Shown here: positions 9,656-18,938 of the stretch, piece by piece | Position numbering within the stretch: the first letter of the stretch is position 1 | Layout: each line of letters starts with the position of its first letter | Source: Stenotrophomonas maltophilia | Lineage (GTDB): Bacteria > Pseudomonadota > Gammaproteobacteria > Xanthomonadales > Xanthomonadaceae | Assembly (NCBI GenBank): GCA_002363385.1 | Contig: DEVL01000004.1 | Span: forward strand, 155,630-219,629 | Direction of reading: 5' to 3' | DNA length: 64,000 bases | The notes under the pieces: generated by a model | Told to the model about the DNA's origin: nothing | The model's input: the letters and a program-made list of their open reading frames with translations, nothing else | Databases searched by the model: none | Made by a program: the position numbers and the translations under genes

Positions 9656-10847
9656 TCCGGTCTTTCCCGTCCTGCAGCGTTTTGTTGAACTCGGCCTGGC
9701 GGCGCGTGCGATCCATCACTTGGCCCTTGAGCTGGCCACAGGCGGCATCAATGTCGTCGCCGCGGGTGCGCCGCACCATCGTCAGCACCTTGGCATCGAG
9801 CAGGATCTTCTGGAAGGCGCGGATTTCCGTTTCGCCGGAGCGCTCATAGCGCGTACCGGGGAACGGGTTGAACGGAATCAGGTTGACCTTGCCCGAGTTC
9901 GAGGCCTGCACGGCATTGTCGAACTGGCGCATCAGCCGCGCCAGCTGGCGGGCGTGCTCGGGCTGGTCGTTGATTCCCTTCATCAGGGTGTATTCGAAGG
10001 TGACTGACTCGCGGCGCTTGTTGGCGCGCAGGTAGCGTGCGCACGAGGCCATCAGCTCAACGATCGGGTACTTCTTGTTGAGCGGGACCAGAGTCTCGCG
10101 CAGTGCATCGTTGGGCGCATGCAGCGACACCGCCAGCGACACGTCGCTCTCGGCGGAGAGTCGGTCGATCTGCGGCACCAGGCCGGAGGTGGACAGCGTC
10201 ACCCGCTTGTTGGCCAGGCCGTAGCCCAGATCGTCGCGCATCACGCTCATGGCGCGCACGACGTTGTCGAAATTCATCAACGGCTCGCCCATGCCCATCA
10301 TCACCACGTTGGTGAGACGACGCTGCTTGTGCGGGATGTTGCCCAGATGGCGCGCCGCGACCCACACCTGGCCGATGATCTCGGCAGTGGAGAGGTTGCG
10401 GTTGAAGCCCTGGGTGGCGGTCGAACAGAACGTGCAGTTCAGCGCACAGCCGACCTGCGAAGACACGCACAGCGTGCCGCGGTTCTTGTCCGGGATGTAG
10501 ACCGCTTCGATCGCGTTCTTGCCATCGGTGCCCATGGCCAGCAGCCACTTGTGGGTGCCATCGGCGGAGGGCTTGTCGAACACGATGTTGGGAACCAGCA
10601 CCTCGGCATGCTGCTTGAGCTTGGCGCGCAAGGCCTTGCCGAGGTCGGTCATGTCATCGAAATCGGTGACGTAGTGATGGTGGATCCACTTCATCACCTG
10701 ATGGGCACGGTAGCGCGCTTCGCCGAGTGTCTCGGCGAAGAAGCGCTCCAGACCCTCGCGATCGAGGTCGAGCAGGTTCTGCTTGGCCACAGCCGGGCCC
10801 GGAACGAGCACGGATGGGATGGCGGTTGGCTGTACGACCTCGTTCAC
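9642..10847 (-). CDS. rlmN: 23S rRNA/tRNA A2503/A37 C2-methyltransferase RlmN, radical SAM (401 aa)
   Basis: The radical-SAM cluster motif is [11 protein letters not shown], with GMGEPLMN and a C-terminal DIDAACGQL. The start is placed at GTG 10847, just after the ndk stop. The longer track ORF would overlap ndk by about 90 nt. Confidence 0.9.
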   Translation of the reverse strand: MNEVVQPTAIPSVLVPGPAVAKQNLLDLDREGLERFFAETLGEARYRAHQVMKWIHHHYVTDFDDMTDLGKALRAKLKQHAEVLVPNIVFDKPSADGTHKWLLAMGTDGKNAIEAVYIPDKNRGTLCVSSQVGCALNCTFCSTATQGFNRNLSTAEIIGQVWVAARHLGNIPHKQRRLTNVVMMGMGEPLMNFDNVVRAMSVMRDDLGYGLANKRVTLSTSGLVPQIDRLSAESDVSLAVSLHAPNDALRETLVPLNKKYPIVELMASCARYLRANKRRESVTFEYTLMKGINDQPEHARQLARLMRQFDNAVQASNSGKVNLIPFNPFPGTRYERSGETEIRAFQKILLDAKVLTMVRRTRGDDIDAACGQLKGQVMDRTRRQAEFNKTLQDGKDRNAAA

Positions 10848-10857
10848 GGCATCACTC

Positions 10858-11283
10858 TCAGCGCGAGACGACTTCAGTCGCGGCGAAGAAGTAGGCGATT
10901 TCGATCGCGGCATTCTCAACCGAGTCCGAGCCGTGGGCGGCATTGGCATCGATGGATTCAGCGAAGTCGGCGCGGATGGTGCCTGCGGCGGCTTCCTTCG
11001 GGTTGGTGGCGCCCAGCAGGTCGCGGTGGGCCAGCACGGCGTTCTCGCCTTCCAGCGCCTGGATCATCACCGGGCCGGAGATCATGAACTCGACCAGCGC
11101 GTTGAAGAACGGACGCTCGCGGTGCACGGCGTAGAAGCCTTCGGCTTCACGGCGCGACAGCTGCTTGTACTTGGCGGCCACGACCTTCAGGCCGGCCTTT
11201 TCGAAGCGGGCGTAGATTTCACCGATGACGTTCTTGGCGACGGCGTCCGGCTTGATGATGGAAAGGGTGCGCTCCAGCGCCAT
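10858..11283 (-). CDS. ndk: Nucleoside-diphosphate kinase (141 aa)
   Basis: [15 protein letters not shown]..., the active-site NAAHGSDS and the length are typical of Ndk. Confidence 0.96.
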   Translation of the reverse strand: MALERTLSIIKPDAVAKNVIGEIYARFEKAGLKVVAAKYKQLSRREAEGFYAVHRERPFFNALVEFMISGPVMIQALEGENAVLAHRDLLGATNPKEAAAGTIRADFAESIDANAAHGSDSVENAAIEIAYFFAATEVVSR

Positions 11284-11405
11284 GGGAATACTCCGTTGGG
11301 CGGGCCACTTGATCGGCCCGAGGTTAACATGAAAAAAACCCGCGTCAAAACGCGGGCTTAGCCTGATATACGTGCGCCAATTCTAACGTGTAACCCCGCC
11401 GTACG

Positions 11406-11498
11406 GTAGTGCCGGCCGCTGGCCGGCAACGCCCTGTGCGCCTCGGGTGATCGGCCTGTTCAGGCAATGGCGTGGTTGCCGGCCAGCGGCCGGCACTG
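11406..11498. repeat. Inverted pair of SMAG-type REPs at 11406-11428 and 11477-11498
   Basis: GTAGTGCCGGCCGCTGGCCGGCA is paired with TGCCGGCCAGCGGCCGGCACTG, whose terminus is degenerate. Both lie in the ndk / TetR divergent gap. Confidence 0.8.
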
Positions 11499-11571
11499 TC
11501 GGGAGCGCGGATGAACGAACCCCCGTTTCTGCTGCGCCGCACAATGCGGTGACGCAACCGCAGGTCTAATA

Positions 11572-11587
11572 TCAAACAATCGTTTGA
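11572..11587. promoter_or_regulatory. Candidate PsrA-type operator TCAAAC-AATC-GTTTGA
   Basis: A perfect 6-bp inverted repeat with a 4-nt spacer lies 18 nt upstream of the TetR start. It fits the PsrA consensus G/CAAAC-N2-4-GTTTG/C as I recall it from Pseudomonas. Confidence 0.6.
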
Positions 11588-11604
11588 TTGAACTGCCCTG
11601 CCCC

Positions 11605-12267
11605 ATGGCCAAACCTGCTCACTTCTCCACCAAGGACCGCATCCTCGGCGCTGCCGAGGAATTGTTTGCCCTGCACGGGTTCGCGGGCACCTCGCTGCGC
11701 CAGGTCACCAGCCAGGCCGATGTGAACATCGCCGCGGTCAACTACCACTTCGGCTCCAAGGAAAACCTGGTCAACGAGGTCTTCCGCCGCCGCATGGACG
11801 AGATGACCTCGGCACGCCTGACCCAGCTGGAGTCGGCCCGCCGCGAGCATCCCGGTGAACTGCGCCCGGTGCTGGCGGCCTTCGTCGAACCGGCCCTGGC
11901 CATGGCCCAGGACCGCCAGACCGGCGGCGCGTTCGTGCGCGTCATCGCGCGTGCCTACGCGGAGAAGAACGACAACCTGCGCAAATTCCTTTCCGACCAT
12001 TACGGCCACGTTCTGCGCGACTTCGGCAAAGCGATCTCCGCCTGCGTGCCGGGGCTGAGCAAGGAAGAGCTGTACTGGCGCCTGGATTTCCTCGCCGGCT
12101 CGCTGACCTATGCCATGGCCGACTTCGGCCTGATCAAGCGACCCGCCGGTGTCACCGAAGCGGCGCATCGTGCCCATGCCGCCCAGGAACTGATTCATTT
12201 CGCCGAAGCCGGATTCCGCGCCAGCGCGGTCTCGAGCGCTTTGACGACCTCCCTTTCCACCCCGTAG
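11605..12267 (+). CDS. psrA: TetR-family transcriptional regulator, PsrA-like fatty-acid-responsive repressor (220 aa)
   Basis: The N-terminal HTH (ILGAAEELFALHGFAGTSLRQVTSQADVNIAAVNYHFGSKENL) closely resembles Pseudomonas PsrA. It lies directly upstream of, and co-oriented with, the fad genes. Confidence 0.72.
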   Translation: MAKPAHFSTKDRILGAAEELFALHGFAGTSLRQVTSQADVNIAAVNYHFGSKENLVNEVFRRRMDEMTSARLTQLESARREHPGELRPVLAAFVEPALAMAQDRQTGGAFVRVIARAYAEKNDNLRKFLSDHYGHVLRDFGKAISACVPGLSKEELYWRLDFLAGSLTYAMADFGLIKRPAGVTEAAHRAHAAQELIHFAEAGFRASAVSSALTTSLSTP

Positions 12268-12286
12268 AGCCGGGCGCTGACCGGCT
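12264..12286 (+). repeat. GTAG-headed mini-hairpin GTAGAGCCGG-gcgctga-CCGGCT, whose GTAG contains the TetR stop codon
   Basis: The stop TAG at 12265-12267 is part of the GTAG head. The 6-bp GC stem sits in the 43-nt gap before fadN. Confidence 0.55.
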
Positions 12287-12310
12287 TCCAGACAACAAAG
12301 GCTTATCGAC

Positions 12311-14683
12311 ATGTCCAATTCCCTGCTAGTCCGCCGCGCCGCCGTGCTGGGTGCCGGCGTCATGGGTGCCCAGATCGCCGCCCACCTGACCAACGCCGGC
12401 GTCGACACGGTGCTGTTCGACCTGCCCGCCAAGGAAGGTCCGGGCGATGGCATCGTGCTCAAGGCCATCGCCAACCTGGGCAAGCTCAGCCCGGCCCCGC
12501 TCGCCAGCAAGTCCTACGCCGAGGCGATCACGCCGGCCAACTATGAGACCGGCCTGGAGCAGTTGAAGGACTGCGACCTGATCATCGAAGCCATCGCCGA
12601 ACGGATGGACTGGAAGCAGGACCTGTACAAGAAGATCGCCCCGTTCGTGGCCGATCACGCCGTGCTGGCCTCCAACACCTCGGGCCTGGGCATCAACAAG
12701 CTGGCCGACGTGCTGCCGGAGCAGCTGCGCCATCGTTTCTGCGGCGTGCACTTCTTCAACCCGCCGCGTTACATGCACCTGGCCGAGCTGATCCCGGCCA
12801 CCAGCACCGATGCCTCGGTGCTGGAAGGCCTGGAAGCCTTCCTGGTCACCACCCTGGGCAAGGGCGTGGTGTATGCCAAGGACACCCCGAACTTCATCGG
12901 CAACCGCATCGGCGTGTTCTCGATCCTGTCCACCATCCACCACACGCAGGCCTTCGGCCTGGGCTTCGATGAGGTGGACGGCCTGACCGGCCCGCTGGTC
13001 GGCCGCCCGAAGTCGGCGACCTACCGCACCTCCGACGTGGTCGGCCTGGACACCATGGCGCACGTGATCAAGACGATGGGCGACACCCTGCCCAACGACC
13101 CGTGGCATGAGTTCTTCAAATCGCCCAAGTGGCTGGATGCGCTGATCGCCAAGGGCGCCCTCGGCCAGAAAACCGGTGCCGGCATCTTCCGCAAGGTCGG
13201 CAAGGACATCGTGGTCCTCGATCTTGAGAAGCAGGACTACCGCCCTGCCGACCGCACCGCCGCCCCGGAAGTGGTCGAGATCCTGAAGATCAAGAACCCG
13301 GCGGAGAAGTTCGCCAAGCTGCGCGAGAGCCAGCACCCGCAGGCGCAGTTCCTGTGGGCGACCTTCCGTGATCTGTTCCATTACAGCGCCTACCACCTCG
13401 CCGATATCGCCGAGACCGCGCGCGACGTCGACCTGGCCATCCGCTGGGGCTACGGCTGGTCGCTGGGCCCGTTCGAAACCTGGCAGGCCGCCGGCTGGAA
13501 GCAGGTTGCCCAGTGGATCGCCGATGACATCGTCGCCGGCAAGAGCATGAGCAGTGCCCCGCTGCCGGATTGGGTGTTCGATGGCCGCGATGGCGTGCAC
13601 GCCGCCGAAGGCAGCTACAGCCCGACCCGCAACGCCAAGCTGCCGCGTTCGGCCCTGCCGGTGTACCAGCGCCAGCGCTTCCCGGATCCGCTGCTGGGCG
13701 AGACCTTCAGCCCGGGCGAGACCGTGTTCGAGAACGACGGCGTGCGCATGTGGCACGACGGCGACGGCATCGCGGTGGTCAGCTTCAAGACCAAGATGAA
13801 CACCGTGTCCGACCACGTGCTCAACGGCCTGCAGGAAGCGATCAAGCGCGCCGAGCAGGACTACAAGGGCCTGGTGATCTGGCAACAGAAGGAACCCTTC
13901 TCCGCCGGTGCCGATCTGGCCGGTGCGCTCGGCCTGCTGCAGGCGGGCAAGGTCGACCAGTTCGAAGAGATGGTGCACAACTTCCAGCGCACCAGCCAGG
14001 CGATCAAGTATTCGCTGGTGCCGGTGGTGACCGCCGTGCGCGGCCTGGCCCTGGGCGGCGGCTGTGAGTTCCAGATGCACAGCGCCAAGAGCGTGGCCGC
14101 ACTGGAAAGCTACATCGGTCTGGTCGAAGCCGGCGTCGGTCTGCTGCCCGCCGGTGGTGGCCTGAAGGAACTGGCCGTGCGCGCCTCGCAGGCCGCAGGC
14201 CCCGGCGGTGACGTGTTCGCCGAGCTGAAGAAGACCTTCGAAACCGTCGCGATGGCCAAGGTCTCCAACTCCGCGGTCAACGCCAAGGAACTGGGCCTGA
14301 TGCGCGCCACCGACAAGGTCGTGTTCAACAGCTTCGAGACGCTGCACATCGCCAAGGCCGAAGTGCTGGCGCTGGCCGAAGGCGGCTACCGTCCGCCGAT
14401 GCCGGCCCGCCGCATCCAGGTCGCCGGTGACGTCGGTATCGCCACCTTCAAGATGATGCTGGTCAACATGCTGGAAGGCCGCTTCATCAGCCCGTACGAC
14501 TACGAGATCGCCGTGCGCATCGCCACCGTGCTGTGCGGCGGCGAAGTGGATCGCGGCACGCTGGTGGACGAAGAGTGGCTGCTGACGCTGGAGCGCAAGC
14601 ACTTCGTCGAACTGGCCCAGCAGGAAAAGACCCAGGCCCGCATCGCGCACATGCTCAAGACCGGCAAGCCGCTGCGGAACTGA
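12311..14683 (+). CDS. Bifunctional 3-hydroxyacyl-CoA dehydrogenase / enoyl-CoA hydratase, FadN-type domain order with the dehydrogenase N-terminal (790 aa)
   Basis: The N-terminal NAD fold is AVLGAGVMGAQIAAH and the crotonase-fold segment contains PFSAGADL. A thiolase gene follows. Confidence 0.88.
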   Translation: MSNSLLVRRAAVLGAGVMGAQIAAHLTNAGVDTVLFDLPAKEGPGDGIVLKAIANLGKLSPAPLASKSYAEAITPANYETGLEQLKDCDLIIEAIAERMDWKQDLYKKIAPFVADHAVLASNTSGLGINKLADVLPEQLRHRFCGVHFFNPPRYMHLAELIPATSTDASVLEGLEAFLVTTLGKGVVYAKDTPNFIGNRIGVFSILSTIHHTQAFGLGFDEVDGLTGPLVGRPKSATYRTSDVVGLDTMAHVIKTMGDTLPNDPWHEFFKSPKWLDALIAKGALGQKTGAGIFRKVGKDIVVLDLEKQDYRPADRTAAPEVVEILKIKNPAEKFAKLRESQHPQAQFLWATFRDLFHYSAYHLADIAETARDVDLAIRWGYGWSLGPFETWQAAGWKQVAQWIADDIVAGKSMSSAPLPDWVFDGRDGVHAAEGSYSPTRNAKLPRSALPVYQRQRFPDPLLGETFSPGETVFENDGVRMWHDGDGIAVVSFKTKMNTVSDHVLNGLQEAIKRAEQDYKGLVIWQQKEPFSAGADLAGALGLLQAGKVDQFEEMVHNFQRTSQAIKYSLVPVVTAVRGLALGGGCEFQMHSAKSVAALESYIGLVEAGVGLLPAGGGLKELAVRASQAAGPGGDVFAELKKTFETVAMAKVSNSAVNAKELGLMRATDKVVFNSFETLHIAKAEVLALAEGGYRPPMPARRIQVAGDVGIATFKMMLVNMLEGRFISPYDYEIAVRIATVLCGGEVDRGTLVDEEWLLTLERKHFVELAQQEKTQARIAHMLKTGKPLRN

Positions 14684-14695
14684 CGGAAGAGAACG

Positions 14696-14718
14696 GTAGT
14701 GCCGGCCGCTGGCCGGCA
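14696..14718. repeat. Single SMAG-type REP GTAGTGCCGGCCGCTGGCCGGCA
   Basis: It is identical to the copies at 1276 and 11406. It sits between the fadN stop (14683) and the fadA start (14753). Confidence 0.85.
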
Positions 14719-14752
14719 ACATCTTCCAGACCCCATTCAAGAGATCACTGCA

Positions 14753-15961
14753 ATGACCAAGCAAATCCAGGACGCCTACATCGTCGCCGCCACCCGCACC
14801 CCGGTGGGCAAGGCGCCCAAGGGCGTGTTCCGCAATACCCGCCCCGACGACATGCTGGCCCACGTGCTCCGCTCCGTCGTGGCACAGGCGCCGGGCATCG
14901 ACCTCAACCGCATCGACGACGCGATCATCGGCTGCGCGATGCCGGAGGCCGAGCAGGGCATGAACGTGGCGCGCATCGGCGTGCTGCTGGCCGGCCTGCC
15001 GGACACCATCGCCGCGCAGACCGTCAACCGCTTCTGTTCCTCCGGCCTGCAGGCCGTGGCGATGGCCGCCGATCAGATCCGCTTGGGCAATTCGGACCTG
15101 ATGCTGGCCGGTGGCACCGAGTCGATGTCGATGGTGCCGATGATGGGCAACAAGATCGCCATGGCGCCGAGCGTGTTCGACAACGACCACGTCGCCATCG
15201 CCTACGGCATGGGCATCACCGCCGAGAAGGTCGCCGAAGAATGGAAGGTCTCGCGCGAGGAGCAGGACGCGTTCGCCCTCGCCTCGCACCAGAAGGCCAT
15301 TGCCGCGATCCAGAACGGCGAGTTCAAGGACGAGATCAGCCCGTACGATGTGCGCACCCGCCAGCCGGACCTGGCCGACGGCCGCCGCATCATCACCCGC
15401 GACAAGATCGTGGATACCGACGAAGGCCCGCGCCTGGATTCGTCCGCTGAAGGCCTGGCCAAGCTGCGCCCGGTGTTCCGCAACGGCCAGTTCGGCGGCA
15501 CGGTCACCGCGGGCAACTCCTCGCAGATGAGCGATGGTGCCGGTGCGGTGCTGCTGGCCTCCGAGCAGGCGATCAAGGATTACGGCCTGACCCCGCTGGC
15601 CCGCTTCGTCAGCTTCTCGGTCGCCGGTGTGCGCCCGGAAGTGATGGGCATCGGCCCGATCGCTGCGATCCCGAAGGCACTCAAGCAGGCTGGCCTGACC
15701 CAGGACCAGCTGGACTGGATCGAGCTCAACGAGGCCTTTGCCGCGCAGTCGCTGGCCGTCATCCGCGATTGCGGCCTGGACCCGTCCAAGGTCAACCCGC
15801 TGGGCGGCGCGATCGCCTTGGGCCACCCGCTGGGTGCGACCGGCGCGATCCGCACCGCCACCCTGCTGCACGGCCTGCGCCGCCGCCAGCAGAAGTACGG
15901 CATGGTGACCATGTGCATCGGCACCGGCATGGGCGCGGCGGGTATCTTCGAATCGCTGTAA
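14753..15961 (+). CDS. fadA: Acetyl-CoA C-acyltransferase (3-ketoacyl-CoA thiolase) (402 aa)
   Basis: Thiolase motifs are present: the active-site Cys in VNRFCSSGLQA, NEAFAAQ, and the C-terminal CIGTGMGAAG. The start is taken at ATG 14753 (MTKQIQDAYIVAA). Confidence 0.92.
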   Translation: MTKQIQDAYIVAATRTPVGKAPKGVFRNTRPDDMLAHVLRSVVAQAPGIDLNRIDDAIIGCAMPEAEQGMNVARIGVLLAGLPDTIAAQTVNRFCSSGLQAVAMAADQIRLGNSDLMLAGGTESMSMVPMMGNKIAMAPSVFDNDHVAIAYGMGITAEKVAEEWKVSREEQDAFALASHQKAIAAIQNGEFKDEISPYDVRTRQPDLADGRRIITRDKIVDTDEGPRLDSSAEGLAKLRPVFRNGQFGGTVTAGNSSQMSDGAGAVLLASEQAIKDYGLTPLARFVSFSVAGVRPEVMGIGPIAAIPKALKQAGLTQDQLDWIELNEAFAAQSLAVIRDCGLDPSKVNPLGGAIALGHPLGATGAIRTATLLHGLRRRQQKYGMVTMCIGTGMGAAGIFESL

Positions 15962-16048
15962 GGCATTGATCGGTGCCGGCCAACGGGTCGGCACCGATGG
16001 ATGCGACAGGTGTGCACCGACCGTTGGTGGGTGCACAGTCGGAAACGA

Positions 16049-16074
16049 AAAGGGCAGCCTCTCGGCTGCCCTTT
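16049..16074. terminator. Bidirectional rho-independent terminator between convergent fadA and galU
   Basis: AAAGGGCAGCC-tctc-GGCTGCCCTTT is a perfect 11-bp stem with A/T runs on both sides. Confidence 0.75.
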
Positions 16075-16091
16075 GCTGTTGTGCAGGAGGC

Positions 16092-16113
16092 GCCGGCCAG
16101 CGGCCGGCCCTAC
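16092..16113. repeat. Degenerate SMAG-type REP GCCGGCCAGCGGCCGGCCCTAC
   Basis: It has the CTAC terminus and the GGCCGG palindrome, and lies in the fadA/galU convergent gap. Confidence 0.6.
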
Positions 16114-16133
16114 ACGCCGCGACGGCGTTGCCC

Positions 16134-17015
16134 TCAGCCTTCGGCCAGCATCTTCTGCAGCACTTCGCGTGCCGGGCCCGCCAGCTTCTCGTTGTCGAGC
16201 GCAAAGCGGATCGTAGCTTCGACCAGCCCCAGATGGGTACCGCAGTCGAAACGACGGCCTTCAAAGCGGAACGCGTCCACGCGCTCGCTCTTGAGCAGTT
16301 CGGCAATCGCATCGGTCAACTGGATCTCGCCACCTGCACCGGTGCCAGTCGCTTCGAGCAGCTCGAAGATCTTCGGGCTCAGCACATAGCGACCGACCAC
16401 CGCCAGATCGCTCGGGGCGTCTTCCGGCTTGGGCTTCTCGACGATGGCGCTGATCTTGCCCTGGCGGCCGTCGAAGGCCTCTGTGGCCACGATGCCGTAG
16501 CTGCCGGTCTTGTCATGCGGCACGTCTTCCACTGCGATGATGCTTGCACCGGTGGCTTCGTTGGCGTCGGCCATCTGCTTGAGTGCACCGTTGCCGCGGT
16601 TCCAGATCAGATCGTCCGGCAGCAGCACGGCGAACGGCTCATCGCCAACAATCGCCTTGGCACACAGCACCGCATGGCCCAGGCCCAGTGCTTCGGCCTG
16701 CGTCACGAACACCGCACGAACGCCGTTGGGCAGGACGTGGCGAACCAGCTCAAGCTGTTCCGTCTTGCCGGCGCGCTCGAGCTTCTGTTCCAGCTCGTAG
16801 GCCTTGTCGAAGTAATCGGCAACCGCATGCTTGTAGCGGTTGGTGATGAAGATCAGAGTGTCGCAACCCGCTTCGATTGCCTCATCCACCGCGTACTGGA
16901 TCAGCGGCCGATCAATGATCGGCAGCATTTCCTTCGGAACGGTCTTGGTGGCCGGAAGGAATCGCGTGCCCAAGCCTGCGACAGGAAATACCGCCTTGCG
17001 AATACGCTTGCTCAT
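16134..17015 (-). CDS. galU: UTP--glucose-1-phosphate uridylyltransferase (293 aa)
   Basis: KAVFPVAGLGTRFLPATKTVPKEMLP and VEKP are present. The start ATG overlaps the upstream stop (TGATG). Confidence 0.94.
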   Translation of the reverse strand: MSKRIRKAVFPVAGLGTRFLPATKTVPKEMLPIIDRPLIQYAVDEAIEAGCDTLIFITNRYKHAVADYFDKAYELEQKLERAGKTEQLELVRHVLPNGVRAVFVTQAEALGLGHAVLCAKAIVGDEPFAVLLPDDLIWNRGNGALKQMADANEATGASIIAVEDVPHDKTGSYGIVATEAFDGRQGKISAIVEKPKPEDAPSDLAVVGRYVLSPKIFELLEATGTGAGGEIQLTDAIAELLKSERVDAFRFEGRRFDCGTHLGLVEATIRFALDNEKLAGPAREVLQKMLAEG

Positions 17016-18922
17016 CAGAACCTGTTGGCCTCACGCGCCGGAAAGGCGAGAACTTTAGCAGAGCTGACGTGATCGTCCTGTTGTAGCGGAGAGAACTCCG
17101 GCATGGTCGAGAACAGGATGCTGTTGATCGCATCGGTGTCGTAAGTGGCGATCGCCTCACGCAGTTTCGGCACATTGGCCAGCACCTGCTCGCGGGCGAA
17201 GGTACGCACGCCGGCTTCCAGAATCTTGGGATGCGCGGTCGGGCGATAGTCCTCGTCCGAATAGAACAGCGTCTCGTGCAGCTTTTCGCCCGGGCGCAGG
17301 CCGGTATAGACGATGGCGATGTCCTTGTAGGGCTGCTTGCCGGCCAGCCGGATCATCTGCTCGGCCAGCACGCGGATCGGCACCGGCTCGCCCATGTCCA
17401 GCGTATAGATCGCACCATGCGAGGCCGAGGCGGCCGCCTGCAGGATCAGCTGGCAGGCCTCGGGGATCGTCATGAAGTAGCGGGTCACTTCCGGGTCGGT
17501 CACGGTGACCGGGCCACCCTTGAGGATCTGCTCGCGGAAGACCGGTACCACGCTGCCCGCCGAGGCCAGCACATTGCCGAAGCGCACGGTCACGAAACGG
17601 GTGTGGCTGGTCTTCTGGTCCAGGCTCTGGCAGATCATTTCCGCGTAGCGCTTGCTGGCGCCCAGCGCGTTGACCGGATCGACCGCCTTGTCGGTCGAGA
17701 TGAAAACGAAATGCTCGATCTTCGCCTCGACACAGGCACGGGCCACGGTCTCGGTGGACAGAATGTTGTTGCGCACCGCCTCGCGCAGCTGGCGCTCCAG
17801 CACCGGCACCTGCTTGTAGGCCGCGGCGTGGAAGACGGAGTCCACGCGCGAGAGCGACAGTGCATGACGGATCACCGCCGGATCACCGCAGTCACCCAGC
17901 ACGGCTTCCACTTCCAGATCCGGGAAGCTGCGCTGCAGTTCGGCCTCGATGGTCAGCAGCAACAGCTCGCTCATCTCGACCAGCACGATGCGCCCTGCCC
18001 CATGGCGGGCACACTGGCGGCACAGTTCCGAACCGATCGACCCGCCGGCGCCGGTGACCAGTACCGTACGCCCGCCCAGCCAGCCGCGGATCAGCGCCCA
18101 ATCCGGCAGGATCGGCTTGCGACCCAGCAGATCTTCGATCGCCACTTCCTTGAGCACACCCGGCAGCGAATGGCCCAGCAGAATGTCATTGAGCTTGGGG
18201 ACCATGCGGAACGGCACGCCGGTGCTTTCGCAGATGGCCACCACCCGCTGCATGCCAACGGCATCCAGCGACGGAATGGCAATCACCAGAAGTTTGGCGG
18301 CGGTCTCGCGGACCACGGCGGGCGCATCTTCCAGCGTGCCGAGAATCGGCAGCCCCTGCAGCTTGGCGCCCTGCAGGTGCGGGGCGTCGTCAAGCAGGCC
18401 CACCGGTTCGAAGTCACCGGAACGGCGCAGATCGCGGACCAGGGCTTCGGCCGCCTGGCCGGCACCGAGGATCAGCACGCGGCGGGCGGTCACGTCCGAT
18501 TGCAGTGCCTGGTAGTCCTTCCACGCGCGGTACAGCAGGCGCGGCGCGCCCAGCAGGGCCGACAGCGCGAACGGGTAGATGACCAGCACCGACATCGGCA
18601 CGCCTTCGAAGCGCTTGTACGCCAAGGCCACCACGATGGCGAGCAGGCCGATGAAACTGGCTTTGAAGATGTTGAGCAGATCGGCGACGCTGGCAAAGCG
18701 CCACAGGCCGCGATACAGCCCCACCCGCCAGAACACCACAGCCTGAATGACCAGGACCAGCGAGGTATCGATGTTCCAGAGCGGCAACGCCGGCGCATCG
18801 GCCAACATCGAGTAGCGTCCAGCGTGCAGCAGCTGCCAGCACGCCCAGACCATGAACAGGTCGTGGGCGACGATGGCCGCTCGGGGCATCAAGCCCGTGA
18901 TTCGGTCCTGCCAAGGCGTCAT
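17015..18922 (-). CDS. Membrane-anchored nucleotide-sugar 4,6-dehydratase/epimerase, WbpM/CapD/PglF family (635 aa)
   Basis: N-terminal TM helices are followed by two Rossmann segments (LILGAGQAAEAL and VLVTGAGGSIGSEL) and the Polysacc_synt_2-type catalytic domain. Confidence 0.82.
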   Translation of the reverse strand: MTPWQDRITGLMPRAAIVAHDLFMVWACWQLLHAGRYSMLADAPALPLWNIDTSLVLVIQAVVFWRVGLYRGLWRFASVADLLNIFKASFIGLLAIVVALAYKRFEGVPMSVLVIYPFALSALLGAPRLLYRAWKDYQALQSDVTARRVLILGAGQAAEALVRDLRRSGDFEPVGLLDDAPHLQGAKLQGLPILGTLEDAPAVVRETAAKLLVIAIPSLDAVGMQRVVAICESTGVPFRMVPKLNDILLGHSLPGVLKEVAIEDLLGRKPILPDWALIRGWLGGRTVLVTGAGGSIGSELCRQCARHGAGRIVLVEMSELLLLTIEAELQRSFPDLEVEAVLGDCGDPAVIRHALSLSRVDSVFHAAAYKQVPVLERQLREAVRNNILSTETVARACVEAKIEHFVFISTDKAVDPVNALGASKRYAEMICQSLDQKTSHTRFVTVRFGNVLASAGSVVPVFREQILKGGPVTVTDPEVTRYFMTIPEACQLILQAAASASHGAIYTLDMGEPVPIRVLAEQMIRLAGKQPYKDIAIVYTGLRPGEKLHETLFYSDEDYRPTAHPKILEAGVRTFAREQVLANVPKLREAIATYDTDAINSILFSTMPEFSPLQQDDHVSSAKVLAFPAREANRF

Positions 18923-18938
18923 AAACCGCGTAATCCTT

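Noticed and set aside
12326-16312. A 1328-aa open reading frame on the minus strand, the longest ORF in the track
   Set aside because: It lies exactly antisense to fadN and fadA, which have clear homology and motifs. Its translation is Arg/Ala/Gly/His-rich low-complexity sequence with no recognisable domain. Long stop-free antisense frames are expected in GC-rich DNA.
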